Positions 31,492 to 40,805 of a DNA stretch of 64,000 nucleotides are shown piece by piece. The translations under genes were made by a program, and so were the position numbers. The notes under the pieces were generated by a model. That model did no database searches. It worked only from the letters and a program-made list of their open reading frames with translations, and was not told the DNA's origin. This DNA is from Thermodesulfobacteriota bacterium (GTDB taxonomy: Bacteria; Desulfobacterota; Desulfobaccia; Desulfobaccales; 0-14-0-80-60-11): positions 114,337 through 178,336 of the forward strand of contig JBMORG010000001.1 of the NCBI GenBank assembly GCA_049322355.1. The letters run 5' to 3'. Positions within the stretch are counted from its first letter, which is position 1, and each line of letters opens with the position of its first letter.

Positions 31492-33159
31492 ATGCGACTT
31501 AAAAAAACCTTACGTGACTTAATTACTGCTTCGGTTGAACAGGCCCGCGGCGCAGGCCAACTGGCCTTTGAGACCCTGCCCGCCTTTGAAGTGGAGGCCC
31601 CCAAACACGCCGACCATGGCGATCTGGCCACCAACCTGGCCCTGGTCCTGGCCAAGCAGGCCAAGATGCCGCCCCGGAAGGTGGCCGAGGTCATCATTCA
31701 AAACCTCGCCGCCCCGGAGAACATGCTCCAGAAAGTGGAGATCGCCGGGCCCGGCTTTATCAACTTCTTCATCGCCGACACCTATTGGTACCGGGTGATT
31801 CCCGAAATTCACCAACTGGGACGGGCCTATGGTAACAGCGACCTGGGCACAGGGCGGAAGGTGCAGGTGGAGTTCGTCAGCGCCAACCCCACCGGCCCCC
31901 TGCACATCGGCCATGGCCGGGGTGCCGCCCTGGGGGATGCTCTGGCCAATCTGCTTACCGCCACGGGTCACGGAGTGGTGCGGGAATACTATATCAACGA
32001 TGTGGGCCTGCAAATTTTTAACCTGGGAAGGTCTCTCTATTTTCGCCTGTGCGAACTTAAAGGGGAGAAAATCGAACTGCCCCATGATTGCTACCAGGGC
32101 GACTACATGAAGGACCTGGCCCGGGACTACTTGGCCGAAGGGCGGACCATCCCCCCGGCGCCGCCCGGAAAAGACGATTTAATCACGCTGGGAAGGTACG
32201 CGGGGGACGTCATCCTGGCAGGCATTAAGCAGGACCTGGAGGACTTCGGCGTCGGGTTCGATACCTGGTTCAGCGAAACCGAACTCTACGATCAGGGTCT
32301 GGTGGACCAAAGCTTTAGCCTGCTTCGGGAGCAAGGCTATCTTTACGAGGCCGAAGGGGCCCTCTGGTTCAAGGCCACCGCCTTCGGCGACGAAAAGGAC
32401 CGGGTGGTGCGCCGCAGCAACGGGGCCACCACCTACTTTGCCTCGGATATCGCCTACCACCTGCACAAATTCCGGCAAAGTTATGATCTGGTAGTGGATA
32501 TTTGGGGGGCAGACCACCATGGCTATGTGCCCCGGCTCCAGGCCGCAGCCCAGGCGTTAGGATTTACCGGACGCCTCAAGGTCATCCTGGTGCAACTGGT
32601 GTCGCTCTTGCGCCAGGGGGAGCCCGTGGCCATGACTACCCGGGGTGGCACTTTTGTCACCCTGCGGGAGGTCATGGATGAAGTGGGGAAAGACGCGGCC
32701 CGCTTTATCTTTCTTTCCCGGCGGCCTGACGCCCACCTGGAGTTCGACCTGGAAGTGGCCAAGCAGCAGAGCAGCGAGAACCCGGTCTATTACGTGCAGT
32801 ATGCCCACGCCCGGCTGGCCTCGGTCTTTCGCCAGGCCGCGGCCCAGGGCCTCGAAATGGCGGCCGTGGACCCCGCCCGGTTTGGCCTTTTGTCCCTGCC
32901 CGAGGAGCTGACCATTCTCAGGATGCTGGCCAATTATCCCGAACTGGTGGAAGGCGCGGCCCGCAATCTTGAGCCCCACCGCATCACTTATTTCTTGACG
33001 GAACTGGCTGCCCAATTGCATAGTTATTATTACAAACATCGCTTTATTTCTGAGGACGCCGGGTTGACCCAGGCCCGGCTTTGGCTGGTGAGCAGCGTGA
33101 AGACCGTATTGGCGCATGGTTTGGGGATTTTGGGGGTGGAGGCCCCTGAAACCATGTAG
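31492..33159 (+). CDS. argS: arginine--tRNA ligase
   Basis: 555 aa. SANPTGPLHIGHGRGAALGD (HIGH motif) and the C-terminal anticodon-binding DALR-like region. Confidence 0.94.
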   Translation: MRLKKTLRDLITASVEQARGAGQLAFETLPAFEVEAPKHADHGDLATNLALVLAKQAKMPPRKVAEVIIQNLAAPENMLQKVEIAGPGFINFFIADTYWYRVIPEIHQLGRAYGNSDLGTGRKVQVEFVSANPTGPLHIGHGRGAALGDALANLLTATGHGVVREYYINDVGLQIFNLGRSLYFRLCELKGEKIELPHDCYQGDYMKDLARDYLAEGRTIPPAPPGKDDLITLGRYAGDVILAGIKQDLEDFGVGFDTWFSETELYDQGLVDQSFSLLREQGYLYEAEGALWFKATAFGDEKDRVVRRSNGATTYFASDIAYHLHKFRQSYDLVVDIWGADHHGYVPRLQAAAQALGFTGRLKVILVQLVSLLRQGEPVAMTTRGGTFVTLREVMDEVGKDAARFIFLSRRPDAHLEFDLEVAKQQSSENPVYYVQYAHARLASVFRQAAAQGLEMAAVDPARFGLLSLPEELTILRMLANYPELVEGAARNLEPHRITYFLTELAAQLHSYYYKHRFISEDAGLTQARLWLVSSVKTVLAHGLGILGVEAPETM

Positions 33160-33232
33160 AGCGGTGGGAGGATGTTTGGGCCGACAATTGCGCTTACCGG
33201 GTTTCAAGGAGAAACAACTCACAGGAGGTGAA

Positions 33233-34096
33233 GTGGAGAAAGGCCGGGGGAAAAAGAGCAAAAGGGCAGGGTGGCATTTGACCCTGGGGCTTAAGGAGGC
33301 CATCTTTGCCGGAATCGGCGTGGTGGGATTGATGATGATGAGTTTCGCCCTGGGCGCGCTCGCGGGCCGGGGAGACATCTACCGGGCGGCTTCCTCCTGG
33401 GGGCTGATGTCCCCGGAGGCACCTAAAGTGGCCCAGTGGACGCCGGCCAACGGGGTTACCGGCGGGCCCCCGGCCACTGCTCCGGCGGCTCCCGGGGGGC
33501 CGGAAGGGGTTCCCGGGTCTTTACCGCCAGCGGCAGTGGCGTCTGGGTCCACTCCTGCCGTTGTCCCCTCAGCTCAAACTCCAACAATCGCTCCGGGGCC
33601 TGTTACGGTGGCAGCCAAGCCGGAGCCTCCAGCTCCGGTCACCGGGTCCATTGCTCCTCTGGCCCCACCTATAGCTCCGGTAACCGCCAAGAAAAAGGAT
33701 AAAACCGCCGCCGGGCCCAAAGACCCAAAGGCCCGGGAAGAAGAACTGCGGAAAGTGCGACAGGAAGTGGTCAAGAAGCTCAAGTTCCAGAACAGCTTCG
33801 ACACGGCCCCCAAGCCCAAGCACTCCAAGCCGAAAGAATCTGAAAAAGCCCAAGCCAAGGCCAAATCTCAACCCTCGCAGATTCGGGTAGCAGAATATCG
33901 GACCAGCAAAGAGGCTCAGGCTAAAATGGCCGAGTTGCAGAAAAAGGGGGTAAAAGCGACTCTTAAAAAGAGCAAGGACTCCAAAGGGACCCTGTATATT
34001 GTTTGCAAACCGGGGAGCCCTACTCCGGCCGACTCTGAAAAGCTGGTCAAAAAACCGGAAAAAAGCCCCAGCGCCGCTAAAAAGCCGGCGGAATAA
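33233..34096 (+). CDS. SPOR-domain membrane protein
   Basis: GTG start 4 nt after AGGAGG. One TM helix (IFAGIGVVGLMMMSFALGALAG), a P/A-rich linker, and a C-terminal SPOR-like segment IRVAEYRTSKEAQAKMAELQKKGVKATL...YIVCKPG. Confidence 0.75.
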   Translation: MEKGRGKKSKRAGWHLTLGLKEAIFAGIGVVGLMMMSFALGALAGRGDIYRAASSWGLMSPEAPKVAQWTPANGVTGGPPATAPAAPGGPEGVPGSLPPAAVASGSTPAVVPSAQTPTIAPGPVTVAAKPEPPAPVTGSIAPLAPPIAPVTAKKKDKTAAGPKDPKAREEELRKVRQEVVKKLKFQNSFDTAPKPKHSKPKESEKAQAKAKSQPSQIRVAEYRTSKEAQAKMAELQKKGVKATLKKSKDSKGTLYIVCKPGSPTPADSEKLVKKPEKSPSAAKKPAE

Positions 34097-34243
34097 GGCA
34101 GTTATTGGTCAGATAGCGAATCGTTGGAGTCTTTAAATTATCCCGCATCTCCCGGCACCCCTTTTTTCTTCTGAGTTAAGGGGGCCGTCAATTCCTTTCC
34201 GGCTCCTTGGCCTAGCGCTCCTCCTTGGTTACAATGATTCCAT

Positions 34244-35323
34244 ATGCGTATTATCGGCCACTTGGACATGGACGCCTTTTTTGCGGCCATTGAAGAGCGG
34301 GACCATCCAGACCTCAAGGGGCGGCCCCTGGTGGTGGGGGCCGATCCTGCGGGGGGCAAGGGCCGGGGGGTGGTGTCCACCGCCAACTACCCGGCCCGAG
34401 TTTACGGCATTCATTCGGCCATGCCCATATCCAAGGCCTGGCAGTTGGCCGAAGCCGCCAGGCGCCGGGGCCAGCCCGCCACGGTTTTTACCCGGGGAAA
34501 TTACTCGAAATATCGGGAGGTTTCCGACCGGATCATGGCGATTTTAGGCAGCTATGTGCCAGTGGTGGAGGAGGCCGGCATAGATGAAGCCTATGTTGAC
34601 CTGAGCTTTGCCGGATCATATGAGCGGGCCACAGAATTTGCCCGGCAGATCAAAGCGGAAATCCTGGCAAAAGAAAAGCTCACTGCGTCAGTGGGTATCG
34701 GTCCCAACAAGCTGATTGCCAAGATCGCCTCGGACTTCCGGAAGCCCGACGGTCTGACGGTGGTTACACAGGCGGAGGCGGAAGATTTCCTGGCGCCCAT
34801 GGCGGTGCGCAAAATCCCCGGCATCGGCCCCAAGACGGAAAAGTACCTGGCCCGCTTGGGCATTAAGACCGTCCAGGATTTAAAGAGGTTTTCCCCGGAA
34901 GAATTGGAGGAGCGGTTCGGCAAGTGGGGGCCGGAGCTGTACGAGCGGATTCGGGGCCGCCACGACAGCCCCCTCGTAACGGAATGGGAGCCCAAGTCTG
35001 TGGGGGAGCAGGAAACTTTTGCCAAAGATACCCGAAACCTGGAGTTCATCTTCCAGCGCCTCTGGGCCCTGTGCCGGGAGGTGCACCGGCGCTTTACCGC
35101 TGAAGGTTTTCATAATTTTCGCACCGTGGTGGTGACGGTGCGCTTCGCGGATTTCGATACCCGCAGCCGCTCGCACACTCTGGCGCAGCCCACGACAGCG
35201 CTGCGCACCCTGACCTTTGAAGCCATGAAACTGCTCATGCCCTTCCTGGACCGGCGGGAGAATCCCAAACATAAATTGATTCGCTTGATCGGGGTAAGGA
35301 TGGAGAAGCTGGGGAAAAAGTGA
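34244..35323 (+). CDS. dinB: DNA polymerase IV
   Basis: MRIIGHLDMDAFFAAIEERDHPDLKGRPLVVG, IDEAYVDL, SVGIGPNKLIAKIASD. Confidence 0.93.
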   Translation: MRIIGHLDMDAFFAAIEERDHPDLKGRPLVVGADPAGGKGRGVVSTANYPARVYGIHSAMPISKAWQLAEAARRRGQPATVFTRGNYSKYREVSDRIMAILGSYVPVVEEAGIDEAYVDLSFAGSYERATEFARQIKAEILAKEKLTASVGIGPNKLIAKIASDFRKPDGLTVVTQAEAEDFLAPMAVRKIPGIGPKTEKYLARLGIKTVQDLKRFSPEELEERFGKWGPELYERIRGRHDSPLVTEWEPKSVGEQETFAKDTRNLEFIFQRLWALCREVHRRFTAEGFHNFRTVVVTVRFADFDTRSRSHTLAQPTTALRTLTFEAMKLLMPFLDRRENPKHKLIRLIGVRMEKLGKK

Positions 35324-35563
35324 GAAACGAGAAAGATTTTGAAGGAAGGCCAAGGACAACTGATCCATGACATCCCCTAAGCCCCCCTCCAAACCCGCAT
35401 AAGTTATGAAGGGGGGGCATCTGCCCGCCAAAGCTGGTGGGTACGCACTCTTAGGCTGAGGCCAGCCTCGGGGAAGGGGGCCAGGGCTTTTCCCAGGCCA
35501 GCAGCTTGTGCCACTAGGGAGTGGTTAACTAAGGGCAGACACCCAGTTCCCCCACCGCAAACC

Positions 35564-35595
35564 AGGAGGGCCATTTAATGGCCCTCCTTATTTTT
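35564..35595 (+). terminator. rho-independent terminator
   Basis: 11-bp stem aggagggccat/atggccctcct with a 3-nt loop, followed by tattttt. Lies 240 nt downstream of the dinB stop. Confidence 0.8.
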
Positions 35596-35680
35596 GCTGC
35601 AGGCGGTAATTTTCCACAAAATCAATCTTCTGCATGGCTTGCTTTGTATTATTTATAATAAATAAATTTGTAATAAATAA

Positions 35681-35709
35681 TTGACATTTAATCATATGGC
35701 CTTATATAA
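35681..35709 (+). promoter_or_regulatory. sigma70-like promoter candidate for the 35.9-37.5 kb unit
   Basis: TTGACA (35681-35686), a 17-nt spacer, then ATATAA (35704-35709), inside a very AT-rich stretch. Confidence 0.5.
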
Positions 35710-35936
35710 AAAATAAGGTTCAAGTGCTTTCTCTGCGATTTTAAAAATTGCCACATTCCTGATTCAAGCCCCTCTTAGCTGACGCGCCACAAGCTCGATA
35801 AATCTTAATGTGGAGGAAATACCCACAGAACCCAAATTCACCGAACGGAAGTGAAATACCCTTAACTTTTTGAGTATTTGTTCGGAAGAAGGCAGGTTCA
35901 TTTCTGCAAATGAAAACTATTGTTGGAGGCCGCACC

Positions 35937-36419
35937 ATGAATTTTCGACAGATAGTGTTCATCGTATGTTTACTCGTAAGCTTAGCCGGGACCAGCTATT
36001 CACAAACTCCACAGCCCCCGCCGGTATCGAAAGGGGACATCATTAAGGCTTTGGGGACATTGAAGCTGGAAGATCTCAGGAAAGCCGTTCCAACCGGTGT
36101 GATAAATCTCATCAAGCCGGAGTCCGGCTCTCATTTGGACAAAACAGGGGCGGTAACCCGCTTTACCGAACCAGGCGGCCATGTGGCCTATTACTTCAAC
36201 CGCGCCGGCATCCTGGTGAGCGCTATGACAACTGCCAAGCGCCCCATTCCCAAAGAAAAGTTACTAAGAGAAATTAAGGGATTGAATTTTAAAAAGTATC
36301 CTCCCAACAATCTATCCGCCGCATTTGTCCGTCGGTCACCTCATGTGGTGCAAGGCTTTTACCTGGACAAAGCAGAAAAAAATGTAGTCATCACTACGTA
36401 CGACTTTCTCCCCCGCTGA
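35937..36419 (+). CDS. hypothetical secreted protein
   Basis: The ATG 7 nt after GGAGG gives the signal peptide MNFRQIVFIVCLLVSLAGTSYSQ. No motif recognised. First gene of the AT-richer unit 35.68-37.53 kb. Confidence 0.55.
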   Translation: MNFRQIVFIVCLLVSLAGTSYSQTPQPPPVSKGDIIKALGTLKLEDLRKAVPTGVINLIKPESGSHLDKTGAVTRFTEPGGHVAYYFNRAGILVSAMTTAKRPIPKEKLLREIKGLNFKKYPPNNLSAAFVRRSPHVVQGFYLDKAEKNVVITTYDFLPR

Positions 36420-36666
36420 ATCTCCCCCAACAGAAACGGGGGTTTGCATCAAGCTTTGAGGGGCAAGCCCACTCTTGCAGTAGGGATGGAGCAGTACCCG
36501 GGCAAACATGCCTGGCCGTAAATAACTTTCCCCAGTTTTTTGAGGGAACAGGAAAGGGGGTGCATTACGCGTAAAAACAATCAAAACCCACAAAGATTAT
36601 GGAGGTGAGCGGCCCTGTATTAGCGGACACTAACCAGAATGAGGTTCCAAGGAGGAGGAACGTAAC

Positions 36667-37476
36667 ATGAAAACTTTCTTCGCAGCTTTATTGGTAATGG
36701 CATGGCTGGCAGCCTTTGCTCTGCCGGGGTTGGCACAGTCGACAATTCCCCCCGAGGATTGCGATTTGAGCTTCGATGTGAATGCGCTAAAAAACAAGAA
36801 TATCGAAATCAACAAAACAGTGAATAAGGATTTCGACTTTTCGTTCGACATTACTGTGGAAGTTGTGGGTTTTCCTGTATGGGCCGAGGTCGAAGCCTTC
36901 AAATGCGACCATAACACCGAAAATCAGGTTGCCGTCTCGGGAATTGTTCCGACGAATAACATCAACAATTCCTTTGTTAGCTTCCTCGGGGTCGCCCAAG
37001 TCAATCAGACCGCCGGCTTCCTGAACAACCAGGGCAACGTGCTGGCCGCCGGCTTTACCGGCCAGTTAGGCTTTCCCCTTTCAATGGTGGAAGCCGCGGT
37101 GGAAAAAGCCAATGTTGACAACGTCCTATCGATAGCAGGTTCCGTGTTTGCGGACAATATTGTTTCGTCCTTCAACAGCTTCACAGGCCTGGCGCAAGTG
37201 AATCAAGCCTCAGGCATCCTGAACAACCAGGATAACGTCTTAGCCCTGGCGACGAACCTCCAAACCGGGGGAGATGTGCAGCGCCCGATGGTGGCAGAAA
37301 ATGACACCTTTCTCAGCATGGCGAACACTGGCAATGTAGTCATGGTAGCCAATACCGTCACTACCGCCACCATCCGAAATTCTTTTAACAGCTATACCGG
37401 CTTTTCCCAAGTCAACCAGGCTTCCGGCAGTCAGAACAATCAAGCCAACATAACATCGATTAGCCTGGCTCGCTAG
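36667..37476 (+). CDS. secreted Q/N-rich repeat protein (curlin-like motif; function unknown)
   Basis: Signal peptide MKTFFAALLVMAWLAAFALPGLA. Three copies of NSFxS[FY]xGx[AS]QVNQ[AT][AS]GxxNNQxN[VI] at aa 101-127, 167-193 and 238-264 (nt 36967-37047, 37165-37245, 37378-37458). Strong RBS AAGGAGGAGG. A terminator follows. Confidence 0.7.
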   Translation: MKTFFAALLVMAWLAAFALPGLAQSTIPPEDCDLSFDVNALKNKNIEINKTVNKDFDFSFDITVEVVGFPVWAEVEAFKCDHNTENQVAVSGIVPTNNINNSFVSFLGVAQVNQTAGFLNNQGNVLAAGFTGQLGFPLSMVEAAVEKANVDNVLSIAGSVFADNIVSSFNSFTGLAQVNQASGILNNQDNVLALATNLQTGGDVQRPMVAENDTFLSMANTGNVVMVANTVTTATIRNSFNSYTGFSQVNQASGSQNNQANITSISLAR

Positions 37477-37499
37477 CCCACAGGCTAGAAGTTATGGAG

Positions 37500-37530
37500 G
37501 GAGGGGTCCCAAGTGGCCCCTCCTTTTTTC
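37500..37530 (+). terminator. rho-independent terminator of the 35.9-37.5 kb unit
   Basis: ggaggggtcccaagtggcccctcc followed by tttttt, 24 nt after the stop of 36667..37476. Confidence 0.8.
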
Positions 37531-37682
37531 GATTGTCATGTCCGGTTCCTCAAGCTCCAGCCTGGGGGCACTCGCCCAAGCTATCTTAAATGAAACGCAC
37601 TTGCCCATATATTTGTTGGGGAAACCTGAGGAGGATAGGGTGCCGAAAGGGTAGAGCGGTGTTGCTTAAAAGAATAATTAAG

Positions 37683-38020
37683 GTGCCCAAGCAGAGCTTG
37701 GCCCAATAATTGCGTTCCCAAGTGCAACTTGGGAACGAGAGAAAGAGCTTGGGCCAAAATTAGCGTTCCCAAGCCAGAGCTTGGGAACGAAGGGAAAACT
37801 CGAGGTGGCGGGCGGGGACGCCCGCCCCACCAAGGGTTCGCAGCCAGACAAAAAACCATGCAGGAGCTTAGGAACGAGAAAAAAGGGCGACCCAGCGGGT
37901 CGCCCCTACTTTTGGAGGCTGGGGGTGTGGGGCGGGGCAGGGGTCCCCACGCGAGACGTCTGCGCAGTTAGCCCCTTGCCTTTCCCCAAAAAACCAAAGG
38001 GTGCGCCAGGCGCACCCTTT
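37683..38020. repeat. cluster of heterogeneous hairpin words (families B, C and others)
   Basis: gtgcccaagcagagcttggcc; cgttcccaagtgcaacttgggaacg; cgttcccaagccagagcttgggaacg; ggcgggcggggacgcccgcccc; gggcgacccagcgggtcgccc; aaagggtgcgccaggcgcacccttt. All are short perfect stems placed in tandem. Confidence 0.8.
37985..38020 (-). terminator. rho-independent terminator after nfnB
   Basis: On the minus strand: aaagggtgcgcc-t-ggcgcacccttt followed by ggttttttgggg, starting 27 nt after the nfnB stop. Confidence 0.8.
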
Positions 38021-38046
38021 AGCGGCATACTTTTAGTGGTTGTTTT

Positions 38047-39465
38047 TTACCAGCCGTAGGTCAGGAAGTCGTGGATGGAGTTTGAGGCAATGCGTCCCGC
38101 GCCCATGGCCAAAATGACGGTGGCGGAGCCGGTAACGATGTCGCCGCCGGCCCAGACTCTCGGTTTCATGGTTTTGCCGGTCTTGGGGTCGGCCACGATG
38201 TAGCCCCATTTATTCAGGGCCAGGCCCGGGGTGCTCTTGGTGAGCAGGGGGTTGGAGCCGGAGCCGATGGAGATGACCGCGGTGTCGATTTCCACCACGA
38301 ATTCTGAGCCCGGGATTGGCACCGGACGCCGCCGCCCGGAAGCGTCGGGTTCACCCAATTCCTGGCGCAGGCACTCCACTCCGGTTAAACGCCCGGTGGT
38401 ATCGTCGCCCAGGAAGCGCACCGGGTTGGTGAGCAGCAGGAACTCGACGCCCTCTTCCTCGGCGTGGTGGACTTCCGCTGTCCGAGCGGGCAGCTCGTCA
38501 TGGGAGCGCCGGTAGATGATGTAGGAATGTTCGGCCCCCAGCCGCAGGGCGGTGCGGGCCCCGTCCATGGCCACGTTGCCGCCGCCGAAGGTGGCTACGT
38601 TTTTGCCCCGGACGATAGGGGTGTCATAGTTGGGGAAGTCGTAGGCCTTCATGAGGTTGGAGCGGGTGAGATACTCGTTGGCGGAGTAGACCCCGATGTA
38701 GTGCTCGCCGGGAATTTTCAAGAATACCGGCAGGCCGGCGCCCACACCCAGAAAGACGGCGTCGAAACGTTCCAGCAATTCATCCACGGTCTCTGAGCGG
38801 CCGATGACCGAGTTGACCTCGATCTTGACTCCCAGTTGTTCCAGGAAATTGCACTCCTGGAAGACAATGGCCTTGGGCAGACGGAATTCCGGGATGCCGT
38901 AAAGCAGCACCCCGCCGGGACCGTGCAGGGCCTCAAAGATGGTGACGTCATGGCCCTTGAGGATCAAGTCGCCGGCCACGGTCAGGCCTGCGGGGCCTGC
39001 GCCTACTACCGCCACCTTCTTGCCGGTGGGGTCGGCCTTGGGAGGCAAAATCTGCCTGCCGTGCTCCCGCTGGTAGTCGGCCGCGAAGCGCTCCAGGTTG
39101 CCGATGGCCACCGGCTCGTCCTTCTTGCCGACGATGCACATGCCTTCGCACTGTACTTCCTGGGGGCAGACCCGGCCGCACACCGCGGGCAGGGAGTTTT
39201 TCTCCCAGAGCTTACGGATGGCGCCTTCAAAATCGCCTTCCTTAATTTTCAGGATAAACTGGGGTATGTCGATTTCCACGGGGCAGCCCTGTTTGCAGCG
39301 GGGGTCTTTGCATTGAATGCAGCGCTCCGCTTCTTTCATGGCCAATTCCGGAGTGTAGCCGTAAGGCACTTCCTCGAAATTGCGGGCCCTGACCTTGGGT
39401 TCCTGCTCCGGCATTTTTTGCCGGGGAATTTTTTCTTTTTTGGGAGCCTTTACTTCCTCAGTCAT
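38047..39465 (-). CDS. nfnB: NADH-dependent reduced ferredoxin:NADP+ oxidoreductase large subunit (GltD-like)
   Basis: Trimmed to the ATG at comp. 39463-39465 (RBS AGAAGGAGAAAG). CIQCKDPRCKQGCPVEIDIPQFI, VCPQEVQCEGMC, VAVVGAGPAGLTVAG, TFGGGNVAMD, WAGGDIVTG. Paired with the nfnA-type gene upstream. Confidence 0.8.
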   Translation of the reverse strand: MTEEVKAPKKEKIPRQKMPEQEPKVRARNFEEVPYGYTPELAMKEAERCIQCKDPRCKQGCPVEIDIPQFILKIKEGDFEGAIRKLWEKNSLPAVCGRVCPQEVQCEGMCIVGKKDEPVAIGNLERFAADYQREHGRQILPPKADPTGKKVAVVGAGPAGLTVAGDLILKGHDVTIFEALHGPGGVLLYGIPEFRLPKAIVFQECNFLEQLGVKIEVNSVIGRSETVDELLERFDAVFLGVGAGLPVFLKIPGEHYIGVYSANEYLTRSNLMKAYDFPNYDTPIVRGKNVATFGGGNVAMDGARTALRLGAEHSYIIYRRSHDELPARTAEVHHAEEEGVEFLLLTNPVRFLGDDTTGRLTGVECLRQELGEPDASGRRRPVPIPGSEFVVEIDTAVISIGSGSNPLLTKSTPGLALNKWGYIVADPKTGKTMKPRVWAGGDIVTGSATVILAMGAGRIASNSIHDFLTYGW

Positions 39466-39509
39466 TATCTTTCTCCTTCTTGACTTATGGTCTCGGCAAA
39501 AATTGTTTT

Positions 39510-40364
39510 TTAGCGGGAGCAGGAGCATCCCGGAGCGTGGCTTGCCTTAAACTGGTCGTATGAAATTTTTTCTTCCATAGTATAGGAACGCAGGCGCAGA
39601 TCCAGTTCGTCCCAATCGACGTCATGGCCTTCAAATTCCGGGCCGTCGACACAGGCGAACTTCATCTGGTTTGCGACCTTAACGCGGCAGCAGCCGCACA
39701 TGCCGGTGCCGTCCACCATGATGGGGTTGAGGCTCACCAGGGTCTTGACGCCAAAGTCCTTCGTAACCTTGCAACAGAACTTCATCATGGGCACGGGGCC
39801 GATGCAGACTGCCAGCTTGATGTCTTTATCCTTTTCCAGGGTTTCCTTGAGCTTGTCGGTGACGAACCCCTTATGGCCATAGGTGCCGTCGTCGGTGCAG
39901 ATCATCAGTTCATCCGAGGCGGCCTTCATTTTGTCTTCCAGGATGAGCAGGTCTTTGGAGCGGGCCCCGATGACGGAATAGACAAAATTGCCCATCTGCT
40001 TTAAGCCCCGGGTGATGGGGTGCAGAACCGCGATGCCGGTGCCGCCGCCAACGCAGATCACTTTGCCCACATTTTCCAGGTGGGTGGGCTGGCCCAGGGG
40101 GCCGATGACATCCAGGTAGGAGTCCCCGACCTTCAAGGTCTTAAAGAGTGCGGTGCTCTTGCCCACCACCATATAAATGATGTTTATCAGGCCCTTGGCC
40201 GGGTCGGTGTCCGCCATGGTCAGGGGGATGCGCTCTCCCTTCTCATTGGCGCGCAGGATGACGAACTGCCCCGGCTTGGCCTTGGCCGCGATTTTGGGGG
40301 CTTTTATCCAGTTGCTGACGATAGTGCCCTGGGCCATTTCGCTGCGTTCCACTATTTCAAACAT
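39510..40364 (-). CDS. nfnA: NfnA / sulfide-dehydrogenase-beta-type FAD, [2Fe-2S] subunit
   Basis: 284 aa. GQFVILRANEKGERIPLT, VGGGTGIAVLHPI, C-terminal MCGCCRV...CVDGPEF (PyrK-like 2Fe-2S cluster). Confidence 0.8.
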   Translation of the reverse strand: MFEIVERSEMAQGTIVSNWIKAPKIAAKAKPGQFVILRANEKGERIPLTMADTDPAKGLINIIYMVVGKSTALFKTLKVGDSYLDVIGPLGQPTHLENVGKVICVGGGTGIAVLHPITRGLKQMGNFVYSVIGARSKDLLILEDKMKAASDELMICTDDGTYGHKGFVTDKLKETLEKDKDIKLAVCIGPVPMMKFCCKVTKDFGVKTLVSLNPIMVDGTGMCGCCRVKVANQMKFACVDGPEFEGHDVDWDELDLRLRSYTMEEKISYDQFKASHAPGCSCSR

Positions 40365-40720
40365 ACGAAACTCTCCTTACTTCGCAAAATTTATTCCCAA
40401 TTCTGTTTGCATTATAGAGGGGCAATCCCCCGTACAGACAAATTATGGCCGCCACCCAGTTCTTGCGGGTTGGGGCTGGTGAGGCCGCCTTGCCGGGCAT
40501 AAAACCCGGATGGGCTGCCGTCAGTCCCCGGCCGGCCCCAATCTGAACCTGCCTTGATCTCTTCTACATCGCATGTTTATTACCATGACCGGGGGGATGG
40601 ACGCAAGTGATAAATATCACAAATAGAGGTTTTCTGGTTTCGGTTTTCATAATCAGGAGAGGGACGCGTCGATAGCCCAGGCTTTCCAGGATAGGGGTGG
40701 TAGGGGTTTGCCTTCTTGCC

Positions 40721-40765
40721 AAAAAAGAACCGGCTCCCAGGGGCCGCAGCCTGAGGGAGCCGGTT
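40721..40765 (-). terminator. rho-independent terminator after fhs
   Basis: On the minus strand: aaccggctccc...gggagccggtt followed by cttttttgg, about 40 nt after the fhs stop. Confidence 0.8.
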
Positions 40766-40805
40766 TGGTTATGTATAGGTGGTGCGCGGGGCGCACCTTA
40801 CATGC

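Noticed and set aside
35420-35560. Possible SRP (4.5S) or 6S RNA, because of complementary ends (ggtggg/cccacc) and an AGCAGC-containing segment.
   Set aside because: I could not find the conserved SRP helix-8 pattern (CAGGxCCGGAAGGAAGCAGCC with a GNAR tetraloop) or any other diagnostic motif. It is kept only as an unassigned structured region.
37683-38020. Possible CRISPR array, because many short palindromic repeats occur in tandem (also 17620-17950 and 30880-31460).
   Set aside because: The repeat units belong to different sequence families, have irregular lengths and spacing, and lack unique spacers of uniform size. No cas genes are in the window.
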